Shown: positions 1-10,249 of the stretch, piece after piece
Position numbering within the stretch: position 1 is the first letter of the stretch
Layout of the letters: the number at the start of each line of letters is the position of its first letter
Origin: Chitinophaga pinensis
Lineage (GTDB): Bacteria > Bacteroidota > Bacteroidia > Chitinophagales > CAMDFR01
Length of the DNA: 64,000 bases
Reading direction: 5' to 3'
Assembly: GCA_945897725.1 (NCBI GenBank)
Contig: CAMDFR010000013.1
Coordinates: 2,969-66,968, forward strand
Program-made: the position numbers and the translations under genes
Notes under the pieces: model-generated
Seen by the model: the letters and a program-made list of their open reading frames with translations, nothing else
What the model was told of the DNA's origin: nothing
Database searches by the model: none

Positions 1-1
1 A

Positions 2-130
2 AAGTTATTGGAAAGAGGTCATTATGATGTCGAATACAATTGGGAAACAAATATGATTGCGCCAGGTACTTATTATGCACGTATCTATAGCAATGGACAG
101 ATGATACAAGAAAAAGAAATTATATTGTAA
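2..130 (+). CDS. 3' end of a T9SS-sorted secreted protein; only the C-terminal sorting domain lies in the window
   Basis: The frame ending at TAA 128-130 reads ...APGTYYARIYSNGQMIQEKEIIL*. This is the typical terminal beta-strand signature (G.Y....) of Bacteroidota T9SS C-terminal domains. The ORF is open to the window start. Confidence 0.55.
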   Translation, partial: KLLERGHYDVEYNWETNMIAPGTYYARIYSNGQMIQEKEIIL

Positions 131-223
131 CTCAGTTATTATTGGTTTTGTGCTCTTGGAATGCCTCTACATACAGCATCAATTTCTGCTTTTCCTTCTT
201 TAGCAAATACGAGGGACAATAAG

Positions 224-445
224 ATGAACTCTTTGTATATTGTTTTATATTTTTGGCTGATGCCAAATGAGCCGGAAGTTATCTCTGTAATTTGGGTCAA
301 TGTAGGTGTCGCAAATGGAGATATGCAATTTGATAATATGGAGGTGCTTTGGAAAGATGCCTTTATGGAAGCCAAGCAAACAATTTTGCCTTCAAAAATA
401 GTGACTATTGAATACGATCCCGGATTAACAGTAGGTAAGAATTAG
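224..445 (+). CDS. Hypothetical small protein (73 aa from the internal Met of ORF 161..445); the call is weak
   Basis: Open frame followed at 470-497 by a clean rho-independent terminator on the same strand. No recognisable motif. An antisense ORF (139..375) is equally unconvincing. Confidence 0.2.
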   Translation: MNSLYIVLYFWLMPNEPEVISVIWVNVGVANGDMQFDNMEVLWKDAFMEAKQTILPSKIVTIEYDPGLTVGKN

Positions 446-469
446 TGAATATAATTTTCTTCAATTTTA

Positions 470-497
470 AACACGGTTTGCACCGTGTTTTTTTTAT
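470..497 (+). terminator. Rho-independent terminator
   Basis: Stem AACACGGT (470-477), loop TTGC, stem ACCGTGTT (482-489), followed by a T7 run. Confidence 0.65.
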
Positions 498-552
498 TTC
501 AATTTTTTATCTTACTTGTTATATTTTCTCTTTTCTATAGTAGTTTTACACA

Positions 553-1719
553 ATGATAATGGAAGAAGTAAAAACGGAAGCATCTAAACGATTATTTATC
601 GATATGATCGCTGCTGTTTATGAAGGAAACTCAACTTGGGTTAGGCCTATAGATAAGGATATCGAAAAAGTTTTCGATCCTCTGCAAAATAAATACTTTT
701 CGCACGGTGAATGCACCCGCTGGATTTTATGGAATTCTGATAAATCAAAGGTCATTGGTAGAGTGGCAGCATTTATTGATGATAGAACAAAGAATGCCAC
801 AGAACAACCAACAGGTGGCATGGGTTTTTTTGAATGTATACATGATAAAGAAGCGGCCTTCAAACTAATGGATACTGCTAAAGATTGGCTGAAAGCAAAA
901 GGAATGGAAGCCATGGATGGACCTATCAATTTTGGAGAAAGAAATCAATGGTGGGGATTATTGGTGGATGGCTTCGACGAAAGACCAACCTATCAGATGA
1001 ACTATCAACAACCTTATTATAAGGAGCTTTTTGAAGCTTATGGATTTCAAGTATATTTTTATCAATATTCTTATGGACTCATCGTCAATCAACCTCGTCC
1101 AGAAAAATATATGCGCATTTGGAACATCATGAAAACCAATAAGGACTATGTATTTACCAATGCTAAGAAAAATAATTTAGCAAAATATGCCGAGGATTTT
1201 AGGACGATACTCAATGCAGCATGGGCGAAACACGAGGGTTTTAGAGAAATGACTGCCGAACAATCGCTAAAGATTATGAAGATGATGAAACCAATTATGG
1301 TGGAACATCTCATGCAATTCGCTTATTATAAAGGCAAGCCAATCGCTATGTATATCAACATTCCTGAGCTGAATCAATATTTTCAGCATGTGAATGGCAA
1401 ACTGGATTGGCTAGGGAAACTGAAAACTTTTTATTATCAGAAAACAATGAAATATCAGAAGTTTGTAGGTATTGTATTTGGCGTCATTCCTGAGTTCCAA
1501 GGCAAAGGCTTAGAAGGGATGATGGTGATGAACCTACATGATATTATTCACGACAAAGATTGGTATCGTGATGTAGAGATGTCATGGATTGGCGATTTTA
1601 ATCCAAAAATGATGAATATATGTGTGCAGTTGGGTGCCAAAGTAATTAAGACACATGCTACCTATCGCTATCTTTTTGATAGAAATATAGCGTTTCAAAG
1701 AGCACCCATCATACACTAA
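553..1719 (+). CDS. GNAT-like N-acetyltransferase family protein (long form, 388 aa)
   Basis: C-terminal region has IVFGVIPEFQGKGLEGMMV, matching the GNAT motif A Q/R-x-x-G-x-G/A acetyl-CoA pocket. ATG start sits after an AT-rich leader. Confidence 0.55.
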   Translation: MIMEEVKTEASKRLFIDMIAAVYEGNSTWVRPIDKDIEKVFDPLQNKYFSHGECTRWILWNSDKSKVIGRVAAFIDDRTKNATEQPTGGMGFFECIHDKEAAFKLMDTAKDWLKAKGMEAMDGPINFGERNQWWGLLVDGFDERPTYQMNYQQPYYKELFEAYGFQVYFYQYSYGLIVNQPRPEKYMRIWNIMKTNKDYVFTNAKKNNLAKYAEDFRTILNAAWAKHEGFREMTAEQSLKIMKMMKPIMVEHLMQFAYYKGKPIAMYINIPELNQYFQHVNGKLDWLGKLKTFYYQKTMKYQKFVGIVFGVIPEFQGKGLEGMMVMNLHDIIHDKDWYRDVEMSWIGDFNPKMMNICVQLGAKVIKTHATYRYLFDRNIAFQRAPIIH

Positions 1720-1750
1720 AACTTGTTTCCACGCAACTTAATCTAACACA

Positions 1751-4204
1751 TTGAACAAAGCTACATTTGTTGATATTATTTTACCCCTGGCCTTGCCTCA
1801 ATACTATACCTATGCTGTTCCTTTCGATCAAGTAGATGAATTAGCTATTGGTAAAAGAGTAATTGTGCAGTTTGGAAAACAAAAAATGTACGCCGCAATT
1901 ATTCAAAAAATTCATCGCGAGAAACCCGCTGAGTTTCTACCAAAGTTGATAGAGTCTATCATTGATGAAGAACCTATTCTTTCTATTAGAGAAATAAAAT
2001 TATGGGAATGGATTGCAAGTTATTACATGTGTACGGTTGGTGAAGTGATGAATGCTGCACTTCCTGCTAGCTTAAAGTTGAGCAGCGATAGCACATTAGT
2101 CTGGCATCCTGAGTTTGAAGGAAGTTTTCATCACCTTAAAGACAAGGAATACATTTTAGCAGAAGCTCTCTCGCTTCAAAAAAAAATCTCGTGGTCAGAA
2201 ATACAAAAAATACTAGATAAGAAATATGTATACCCAGAAGTACGTTCGTTGATTAAACAAGGTATAGCATTGATTTTAGAGGAACTCAACGAAAAGTATA
2301 AACCGAAGGTAGAAAGTTTTGTGACCCTGCATGAGTTTTATCAGGACAAAGAAAATCTAAAAGTTTTGTTTAATGAATTGTCTAAGGCTAAAAAGCAAAT
2401 AGATGTTCTAATGCATTATATAAGTTTGGCACATGGAAAACATAAATTGCAAAAATCACTTTTAGTCAAAGCCTCTAGCGACAACAGTTCTGTCAATCGA
2501 TTAATTGATAAAGACATTCTGATTGAAACAAAAGAGGAGGTAAGCCGACTAACAAAAGCTGATATTGAATCTTTGAAAAATGATGCACTCAATGCTGAAC
2601 AGGCCGAAGCTTTGATACAAATTCAAGCCCATTTCAAAAACGATAGAGTCACCTTGCTGCAGGGGGTTACTGGGAGCGGTAAGACACATATTTATTTTAA
2701 ATTGATGGATGAAGCGCTTGCAAAAAATAAGCAGGTCTTGCTTTTGATTCCTGAAATTTCTTTGACAGTACAATTGATACAACGATTGCAAAAAGTATTT
2801 GGCCATAAAGTAGGGGTGTACCATTCTAAATATAATAGTTCTGAAAGAGTGGAGATATGGAACAAAGTATTGCATAGGGAATATGAAATTGTGGTAGGTG
2901 CTCGCTCTGCTCTTTTTCTTCCTTTTCAAGAATTAGGTTTGGTTATTGTCGATGAAGAGCATGATTCTTCATATAAACAAAGCGATCCATCTCCAAGATA
3001 TCAAGCTAGAGATTGCAGCATTGTATTAGCCAGCTTGCATAAGGCAAATGTGTTGTTAGCTAGTGCAACGCCCTCCTTGGATAGTGCTCGAAATGCTGAG
3101 TTAGATAAATTTGCAAAGGTGATGCTACATGAAAGATTCGGTCAAACGCCTTTGCCTTTGGTGCATTTGATTGATATGAAAATCATACATGAAACGAAAC
3201 AATTCGATTCTCATTATTCTTTCGAATTATTAAATCAAATCAAAGCTGTTGTTGCTCAAAAGGAACAGGTTATTTTGTTTCAAAATAGAAGGGGCTTCTC
3301 TCAGTATCTGCTCTGCACCACTTGTGGATGGATTCCAAAATGTCATCAATGTGATGTGAGTTTAACTTATCATAAATACGCCGATTATTTAGCGTGTCAT
3401 TACTGTGGATTTAAAACAAAGAACAAAACAAAGTGTGTAGCATGTGGCAGTCAAACACTTTCCATTAAAGGCTTTGGGACAGAGAAGGTAGAAGATGAGT
3501 TAAATGCATTATTCCCTGGCGTTCGAATAGATCGATTAGATTTAGATGCGATTAAAGGGAAACATGGACATGAAAAAATTATTGATAAATTCGAAAATCA
3601 TGAGGTAGATATTTTGGTAGGAACACAAATGGTGACCAAAGGATTAGACTTCTCTAATGTAACTATGGTGGGTGTTTTGAATGCAGATCAATTACTTTGT
3701 TATCCAGACTATAGAGCTACTGAAAGAGCTTTTCAATTGATGGTACAGGTAAGTGGACGTGCCGGCAGAAAAGCAAAACGTGGTAATGTTTTTATTCAAA
3801 CATCACAAGTATCAAATGCTATTTTCGACTTTGTGAAAACGCATGATTATGCAAGTTTTTATGCCCATGAAATCTTCAATAGAAAACAATTTTATTATCC
3901 CCCTTTCTGTCGATTGATTCATATTCAAGTCAAACATAAAGAGGTTGAAATTGTAAATAGAGCCGCTGCTGATTTAACTCAATTAATTAAGTTGACCACC
4001 AAACATAATATGGTCTTAGGACCTACCCAGCCTTCTGTCTCTAAGATTAAGAATCTTTATATTCGAGACATTCTGTGTAAGATTGAGAAAGGGAATATCG
4101 ATTTAGCAGGTATTAAACTTAAATTAAAAGAAGCGATCGAAACCTTACATTTGATTAAAGAATACAAATCTGTTTTTATCAAGATAGATGTCGATCCGCA
4201 GTAG
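1751..4204 (+). CDS. priA: Primosomal protein N' (replication restart helicase PriA)
   Basis: Walker A GVTGSGKTHIY, DEEH box (VIVDEEHDSSYKQ), and a Cys-rich zinc module CTTCGW..CHQCDVSLTYH...CHYCGF...CVACGS. Length is 817 aa. TTG start. Confidence 0.95.
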   Translation: MNKATFVDIILPLALPQYYTYAVPFDQVDELAIGKRVIVQFGKQKMYAAIIQKIHREKPAEFLPKLIESIIDEEPILSIREIKLWEWIASYYMCTVGEVMNAALPASLKLSSDSTLVWHPEFEGSFHHLKDKEYILAEALSLQKKISWSEIQKILDKKYVYPEVRSLIKQGIALILEELNEKYKPKVESFVTLHEFYQDKENLKVLFNELSKAKKQIDVLMHYISLAHGKHKLQKSLLVKASSDNSSVNRLIDKDILIETKEEVSRLTKADIESLKNDALNAEQAEALIQIQAHFKNDRVTLLQGVTGSGKTHIYFKLMDEALAKNKQVLLLIPEISLTVQLIQRLQKVFGHKVGVYHSKYNSSERVEIWNKVLHREYEIVVGARSALFLPFQELGLVIVDEEHDSSYKQSDPSPRYQARDCSIVLASLHKANVLLASATPSLDSARNAELDKFAKVMLHERFGQTPLPLVHLIDMKIIHETKQFDSHYSFELLNQIKAVVAQKEQVILFQNRRGFSQYLLCTTCGWIPKCHQCDVSLTYHKYADYLACHYCGFKTKNKTKCVACGSQTLSIKGFGTEKVEDELNALFPGVRIDRLDLDAIKGKHGHEKIIDKFENHEVDILVGTQMVTKGLDFSNVTMVGVLNADQLLCYPDYRATERAFQLMVQVSGRAGRKAKRGNVFIQTSQVSNAIFDFVKTHDYASFYAHEIFNRKQFYYPPFCRLIHIQVKHKEVEIVNRAAADLTQLIKLTTKHNMVLGPTQPSVSKIKNLYIRDILCKIEKGNIDLAGIKLKLKEAIETLHLIKEYKSVFIKIDVDPQ

Positions 4205-4228
4205 TTTCTTGGTATGATAAATTGCATG

Positions 4229-4324
4229 AGGGATTGTAGCGATAGCTCCCCTTTGTCTTTGGGGACTATAAGCGAAAAGCCCGGTTGCTGAAGCGTTTGG
4301 CTGCTACGCGAAAGCAACATGCCC
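4229..4324 (+). repeat. GC-rich multi-hairpin intergenic element, copy A
   Basis: GGGATTGTAGCGATAG-C-TCCCC-tttgtcttt-GGGGA-CTATAAGCGAAAAGCCCGG, plus a second hairpin GTTGCT...AGCAAC. Lies between the convergent priA and sugar transferase genes. GC content is far above the flanks. Homologous to copy B in inverse orientation. Confidence 0.7.
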
Positions 4325-4335
4325 AATAAAAGAAA

Positions 4336-5754
4336 TTATTTTCCTCTGCCTTGCAACAAAGTGATCATGGTATAAATCATGATTTTAATATCCATTAGAA
4401 TGGAGATGTTTTCGATATAGATGATGTCGAATTTTAAACGATCTATCATTTGTGAAACATTTTCTGCATAGCCATATTTCACCATGCCCAACGAAGTAAT
4501 ACCGGGCTTTACACGCTGAATATGTCTGTAGTGCGGGGCTTTCTCTATGATCTGATCCACATAAAATTTTCTTTCAGGTCTAGGTCCAACCAAACTCATC
4601 TCACCTTTCAATACATTGAAAAATTGAGGTATCTCGTCCAATCTCCATTTGCGCATCACGCGACCCCAACTAGTAATGCGCGTATCATTTTTTGAAGATA
4701 AGGCCGGACCATTAGTTTCAGCATCTGTACGCATGGAGCGAAATTTGATAATCTGAAATGGTCTTCCAAAAAGTCCGATTCTTTCTTGTGTATAAAAAAT
4801 ATTTCCCTTGGATGATAAAAGTACTCTAATGCCCGTATATAAATAGACTGGTAATAAAAGAATAATGAAAAGAGAGGATAATAGAATATCTAAAATACGT
4901 TTCAAATTCTTTTCCCAACGTGGCATCAAATCTGGATAAATTTCTATCAATGCCGTACCCAACACATTATTCATCTTTGCATAACCAGTCAAAATATCAT
5001 ACATGTCTGGAATAATTTTTAATACCACCTCGCTATTGGCTAATGTATTAATGATAGAATTTATTTGATCATGTTCACTCGTTTCAATGGCGATGATCAC
5101 TTCTTCTATTTCCTTTTCGTCGATGATTTGTTTGATATCATCTACACTACCTAATTGAGGAATATAGGTCTTCAAACCATTGGCAGACTTATTGTTTACT
5201 TCTACAAAACCAAGAAATTTATTTCCAACTGATTTAGATTTTTCTGTCAATTCCTCATACAACATCACTGCTTTATGATTACTTCCCACAATTAGCGTAT
5301 TAAAATAAACGCTTCCTTTTTTTAGTTGCTTCTTAGAAAAATGCAATACCGTATTTCTGAAAAATAAGGTTAATCCAAGATGTACACTGAATAAAAAGGA
5401 AATAGAAATATAATAGCTCCTGTAATCTTTTACAATATCATCCAATATCAAACCAAAGAAAATAACAATGCAACCCACGATAGCGGTGAAGACTGTTTTT
5501 AAATTTTCTTTCAACCTAGATTTTCGATAGATATTGGTATAACTTCCTGTGATAAAATAAATATTCATCCAGAATAAACTCACCAATAATACTCCCAAAA
5601 TATACTTCGAATCTTGAAGCAGATCTCCTAGTTGAAAAGAGACTTGCTCAATAACTTTCTTTCTAAAAATGTATAATAAGGTCCATGCAATAGCAGCAAC
5701 TATATAGTCAAAAAAGGCATATAAATAAAGGACTTTACTATTCTTACTATTCAT
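4336..5754 (-). CDS. Polyprenyl-phosphate sugar phosphotransferase (WbaP/EpsB-like initiating 'bacterial sugar transferase')
   Basis: N-terminal multi-TM region. The C-terminal catalytic domain has the hallmark motifs KRILDILLSS..., IIKFRSMRTDAE, WRLDEIPQFFNVLKGEMSLVGPRPE. Confidence 0.9.
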   Translation of the reverse strand: MNSKNSKVLYLYAFFDYIVAAIAWTLLYIFRKKVIEQVSFQLGDLLQDSKYILGVLLVSLFWMNIYFITGSYTNIYRKSRLKENLKTVFTAIVGCIVIFFGLILDDIVKDYRSYYISISFLFSVHLGLTLFFRNTVLHFSKKQLKKGSVYFNTLIVGSNHKAVMLYEELTEKSKSVGNKFLGFVEVNNKSANGLKTYIPQLGSVDDIKQIIDEKEIEEVIIAIETSEHDQINSIINTLANSEVVLKIIPDMYDILTGYAKMNNVLGTALIEIYPDLMPRWEKNLKRILDILLSSLFIILLLPVYLYTGIRVLLSSKGNIFYTQERIGLFGRPFQIIKFRSMRTDAETNGPALSSKNDTRITSWGRVMRKWRLDEIPQFFNVLKGEMSLVGPRPERKFYVDQIIEKAPHYRHIQRVKPGITSLGMVKYGYAENVSQMIDRLKFDIIYIENISILMDIKIMIYTMITLLQGRGK

Positions 5755-5757
5755 ACA

Positions 5758-6591
5758 CTAATAGTATACCACTTTAAAATTATCAATGTATATCTGACCT
5801 GTAGTGGTGCTGTCCCCGTTATCTGTGTTTATAAAAAAACTAAAGACTTCACTTTGCGAACGACTTAAATCTGGTGTCAACTCTATATACATTTTACTCC
5901 ATGTATCTTTACCATTCACCGTTACTTCTGTTGTTCTTTGAGTAAGACCCGAAACGACAGATTCATAGCCAACCCTGAAAGCAATATTCGATTTATAATC
6001 CAGTTCTATATATGCTACAGAACCTGTAGGAATCAGAACACTATTGGTTTTCGTTTCAACAGCACTTAACGGTGCCACAGTCATCAACCCACTATTGCTT
6101 CCTTCAAAAACATTTACATCACTTATAATCGTCATATTGGAAATAAAACTATTCGAAGTTTCAAATCCTTCTTTGATAATAAATTTAGTGATGTCAAAAT
6201 ATTTGAAGATGGGAGAAAGTTTAATTTCTTGGGTATCTCCTAATGTCACAGCATAATTTTCTGTTTGATAAAAGGGGTATCTATTTCTCTGTCCTGAAAT
6301 ACCTTTATTCTTAATGCCTGCGGTAATACTCACTGTGTAATTACCTGGTTCGGCTAAGACTGGAATTCTGGCAGGTAATTCGTAAACTCCTAAGTTTTGG
6401 CTACCCATCTCTACCCATATTTCGTCAATTTTAGAAGATGAACTTCCTTGTGTAACAGGATCGGCTTGCACCATGGTAGAATCTATCACAATATAAAAGG
6501 GAATTCCATTGTTGGGGAGCTTTTTACCACAAGCACTAGCTACGGTAAGGATAATGGTAAAGAGAAGTGAAAAGTAAATTGCTTTTTTCAT
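5758..6591 (-). CDS. Hypothetical lipoprotein
   Basis: The internal Met at 6591 gives MKKAIYFSLLFTIILTVASAC-GKK, a signal peptide plus lipobox Cys. The longer ORF start at 6663 adds a non-signal extension. Sits 3 nt upstream of the sugar transferase on the same strand. Confidence 0.6.
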   Translation of the reverse strand: MKKAIYFSLLFTIILTVASACGKKLPNNGIPFYIVIDSTMVQADPVTQGSSSSKIDEIWVEMGSQNLGVYELPARIPVLAEPGNYTVSITAGIKNKGISGQRNRYPFYQTENYAVTLGDTQEIKLSPIFKYFDITKFIIKEGFETSNSFISNMTIISDVNVFEGSNSGLMTVAPLSAVETKTNSVLIPTGSVAYIELDYKSNIAFRVGYESVVSGLTQRTTEVTVNGKDTWSKMYIELTPDLSRSQSEVFSFFINTDNGDSTTTGQIYIDNFKVVYY

Positions 6592-6690
6592 ATAATTGAG
6601 AAACAAAGATAACGAAGCTTTTAATTTTTTATTATGCTTATCGTTCATTTGGCTTTTTTGCAAAAAAGCAGATACAGAAAAAGCGCTCCA

Positions 6691-7665
6691 CTAGCCTCTT
6701 TCTCCTGTAATTTTGTATAAAATTTGGTAGGCTACTTTCATAGCATTATGTCCATCAGCTACGGTTACAGGCGTTTCTGTATTTGTTTCTATGGCGTTCA
6801 GGAATAATTCTAGCTCCATCTTAATGGCATTCACTTCACTTACTTCGGGCATTTCAAATTGTACATATTTTGTTTCTCCTTCAGAGGTATTGACTTCCAT
6901 AAAGTTCATATCGCTATCTGGCTTGTCTTTCGACAAACTGATAATCTCCGTTTTCTTTTCCAAAAAGTCGATGCCGATATAGGCATCTGGTTGAAATATC
7001 CTGGTCTTACGCATGTTTTTCATCGATATGCGACTGGCTGTAATATTAGCGACACATCCATTGTCAAATTCTATCCTAGCATTCGCAATGTCTGGCGATC
7101 TAGAGATGATAGGAACACCACTGGCACTTATTTTTTTGACATTTGCTTTCACTAAACTCAATATGATATCTATATCATGTATCATTAAGTCTAATATCAC
7201 AGAAACATCTGTTCCTCTTGGATTGAACTGAGCAAGACGATGGGTCTCAATAAACATTGGATTCATAGGCCTATCTTTCAGCGCAAGAAAAGCCGGATTG
7301 AATCTTTCTACATGGCCCACTTGCGCTTTGATATTACCTTCTGCTATCAGGTTCATCAACTTTTTTGATTCCTCCATGGTGTTGACCAATGGCTTTTCGA
7401 TAAAAATATGCTTACCGGCAGAAACGGCTTTTTTCGCCAATTCAAAATGTGTGATGGTAGGCGTTACGATGTCCACGGCATCGACATTCTCAAACAACTC
7501 ATGTAATTCAAGATAACGCTTCACCCCAAATTTTTCCATTACGAGGTTCGCATTAGTATCATCTGGGTCGAAAAAACCAACTAACTCCCAGCCCTCTATC
7601 TCAAGAAGAAGCTTGATATGTATTTTGCCTAAATGACCAGCACCAAGTACGCCAATTCGTTTCAT
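6691..7665 (-). CDS. Gfo/Idh/MocA-family NAD(P)-dependent sugar oxidoreductase
   Basis: The start at 7665 gives MKRIGVLGAGHLGKIH, a Rossmann GxGxxG at the N-terminus. An EKP motif (IFIEKPL) is typical of the family. The track start at 7731 adds 22 aa upstream of the Rossmann fold. Confidence 0.85.
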   Translation of the reverse strand: MKRIGVLGAGHLGKIHIKLLLEIEGWELVGFFDPDDTNANLVMEKFGVKRYLELHELFENVDAVDIVTPTITHFELAKKAVSAGKHIFIEKPLVNTMEESKKLMNLIAEGNIKAQVGHVERFNPAFLALKDRPMNPMFIETHRLAQFNPRGTDVSVILDLMIHDIDIILSLVKANVKKISASGVPIISRSPDIANARIEFDNGCVANITASRISMKNMRKTRIFQPDAYIGIDFLEKKTEIISLSKDKPDSDMNFMEVNTSEGETKYVQFEMPEVSEVNAIKMELELFLNAIETNTETPVTVADGHNAMKVAYQILYKITGERG

Positions 7666-7834
7666 ACTTTTGTTTTCGAGGTACGAAATTAGGACGGAAT
7701 CTTTGCTGAGGTATGCAGATGTTTCAACCAACTTTTACCAAGTTGTCTATTTATGTAGAAAATCTTATCTGAATATATGAAATTCAATCTGTTGCGAGAA
7801 ATTACAAGGATGCAGTCCTTGCAAGTCGAAGTAG

Positions 7835-7906
7835 TCGTCCCAGCAAGAATCGAACTTGCATCTGGAGTTTAGGAAACTCTTATTCTATCCATTGAACTAT
7901 GGGACG
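7835..7906 (-). tRNA. tRNA-Arg (anticodon CCT)
   Basis: Reverse complement folds as a cloverleaf: acceptor CGTCCCA/TGGGACG, D arm GTTC-AATGGATA-GAAT, anticodon arm AGAGT-TTCCTAA-ACTCC, T arm GCAAG-TTCGATT-CTTGC. Length 72 nt. CCA is not encoded. Confidence 0.9.
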
Positions 7907-7939
7907 TTGGTCGGCAAAGGTAAAATAAATAATTAAATC

Positions 7940-8056
7940 AGGGTATGGATGTTTGTCTTTCCGAGCGAATTCATCCTTTGATTGTACCGAGCGTAGAACA
8001 AGGTCTTTTCTTTAAAATAGTGACCTTTTTCTTTGTTGGTGGCAGCGGCCAAAGCT
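7940..8056. repeat. GC-rich hairpin element, degenerate copy H
   Basis: GGATG-tttgtctttccgagcgaatt-CATCC, then GATTGTACCGAGCGTAG...AAGGTC-(16 nt)-GACCTT...GGCAGCGGCCAAAGC. Shares the GATTGTA.CGA flank and the TTTGTCTTT motif with copies A and G. Confidence 0.45.
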
Positions 8057-8124
8057 TTTAGATTAATATAATTGACATCTAAAAGGTAATCTACTTATTT
8101 TGTTCGTAAAATGTCAATATCTCT

Positions 8125-9719
<1,595 letters not shown>

Positions 9720-9747
9720 TTTAATATTCGCAAAAAAAATAATTGAG

Positions 9748-9999
9748 ATGATAGTAGAAGTTTTAACACCTGAGAAAAAATTATTTAGTGGCGATGCCAA
9801 AGGTGTTCAATGCCCGGGCGTTAGCGGATTATTCGAAGTTCTCGACAATCACGCTCCTATGATTGCAGCACTTGGTATGGGTAAAGTAAATATCAAAACA
9901 AACGAGGGTACCAAAAGCATCAAAATTTCTGGTGGCTTTATGGAATGTTTACAAAACAAAGTAGTTGTTTTGGTAGAAGGCGGTGAGATAGAAAACTAA
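9748..9999 (+). CDS. atpC: F0F1 ATP synthase subunit epsilon (short form)
   Basis: Lies immediately downstream of atpD. The 83-aa beta-sandwich-type sequence (VEVLTPEKKLFSGDAKGVQCPGVSGLFEVLDNHAPMIAAL) is typical of epsilon. Confidence 0.9.
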   Translation: MIVEVLTPEKKLFSGDAKGVQCPGVSGLFEVLDNHAPMIAALGMGKVNIKTNEGTKSIKISGGFMECLQNKVVVLVEGGEIEN

Positions 10000-10020
10000 T
10001 GTCACAACTCAAAATATGAA

Positions 10021-10053
10021 AAAAGCAGTATCTTTTGATACTGCTTTTTTTTT
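10021..10053 (+). terminator. Rho-independent terminator of atpDC
   Basis: AAAAGCAGTATC-tttt-GATACTGCTTTT followed by a T run. Confidence 0.85.
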
Positions 10054-10054
10054 G

Positions 10055-10160
10055 GCGACTGCCCATGCAAAGAAAACCTACATGGGCATCCTGTGTTGCG
10101 CTTATAGTCCTTTGTCAAAGGCCCAAAGGAGCTATCGCTGCACCCAGTGTCGCAGCTTAT
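10055..10160 (-). repeat. GC-rich multi-hairpin intergenic element, copy B (inverted relative to A)
   Basis: Reverse complement reads GCAGCGATAG-C-TCCTTTG-ggcctttga-CAAAGGA-CTATAAGCG. It has the same flanks and bulged C as copy A but a different, still complementary, inner stem. A second hairpin is CCCATG...CATGGG. Confidence 0.7.
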
Positions 10161-10249
10161 TGGTTCAATAAAATACAGCTTCAATAATGATTTCTTTACA
10201 TCACATTGCATTGAAATAGAGTATTTTTGAAAGTAAATAATCGATTGCT

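Noticed and set aside
4057-4326. 89-aa minus-strand ORF spanning the priA 3' end and the intergenic region. Similar ORFs lie at 10002..10211 (-), 30308..30550 (-), 30373..30612 (-) and 53925..54116 (+).
   Set aside because: Each is carried by a GC-rich hairpin repeat copy (A, B, C, F), where the locally GC-rich sequence has few stop codons. The translations are low-complexity (for example ...ELSLQSL..., ...GACHRLSTAQAAVGPSAV...), and start contexts and neighbours argue against coding. They are best explained as artefacts of the repeat family.
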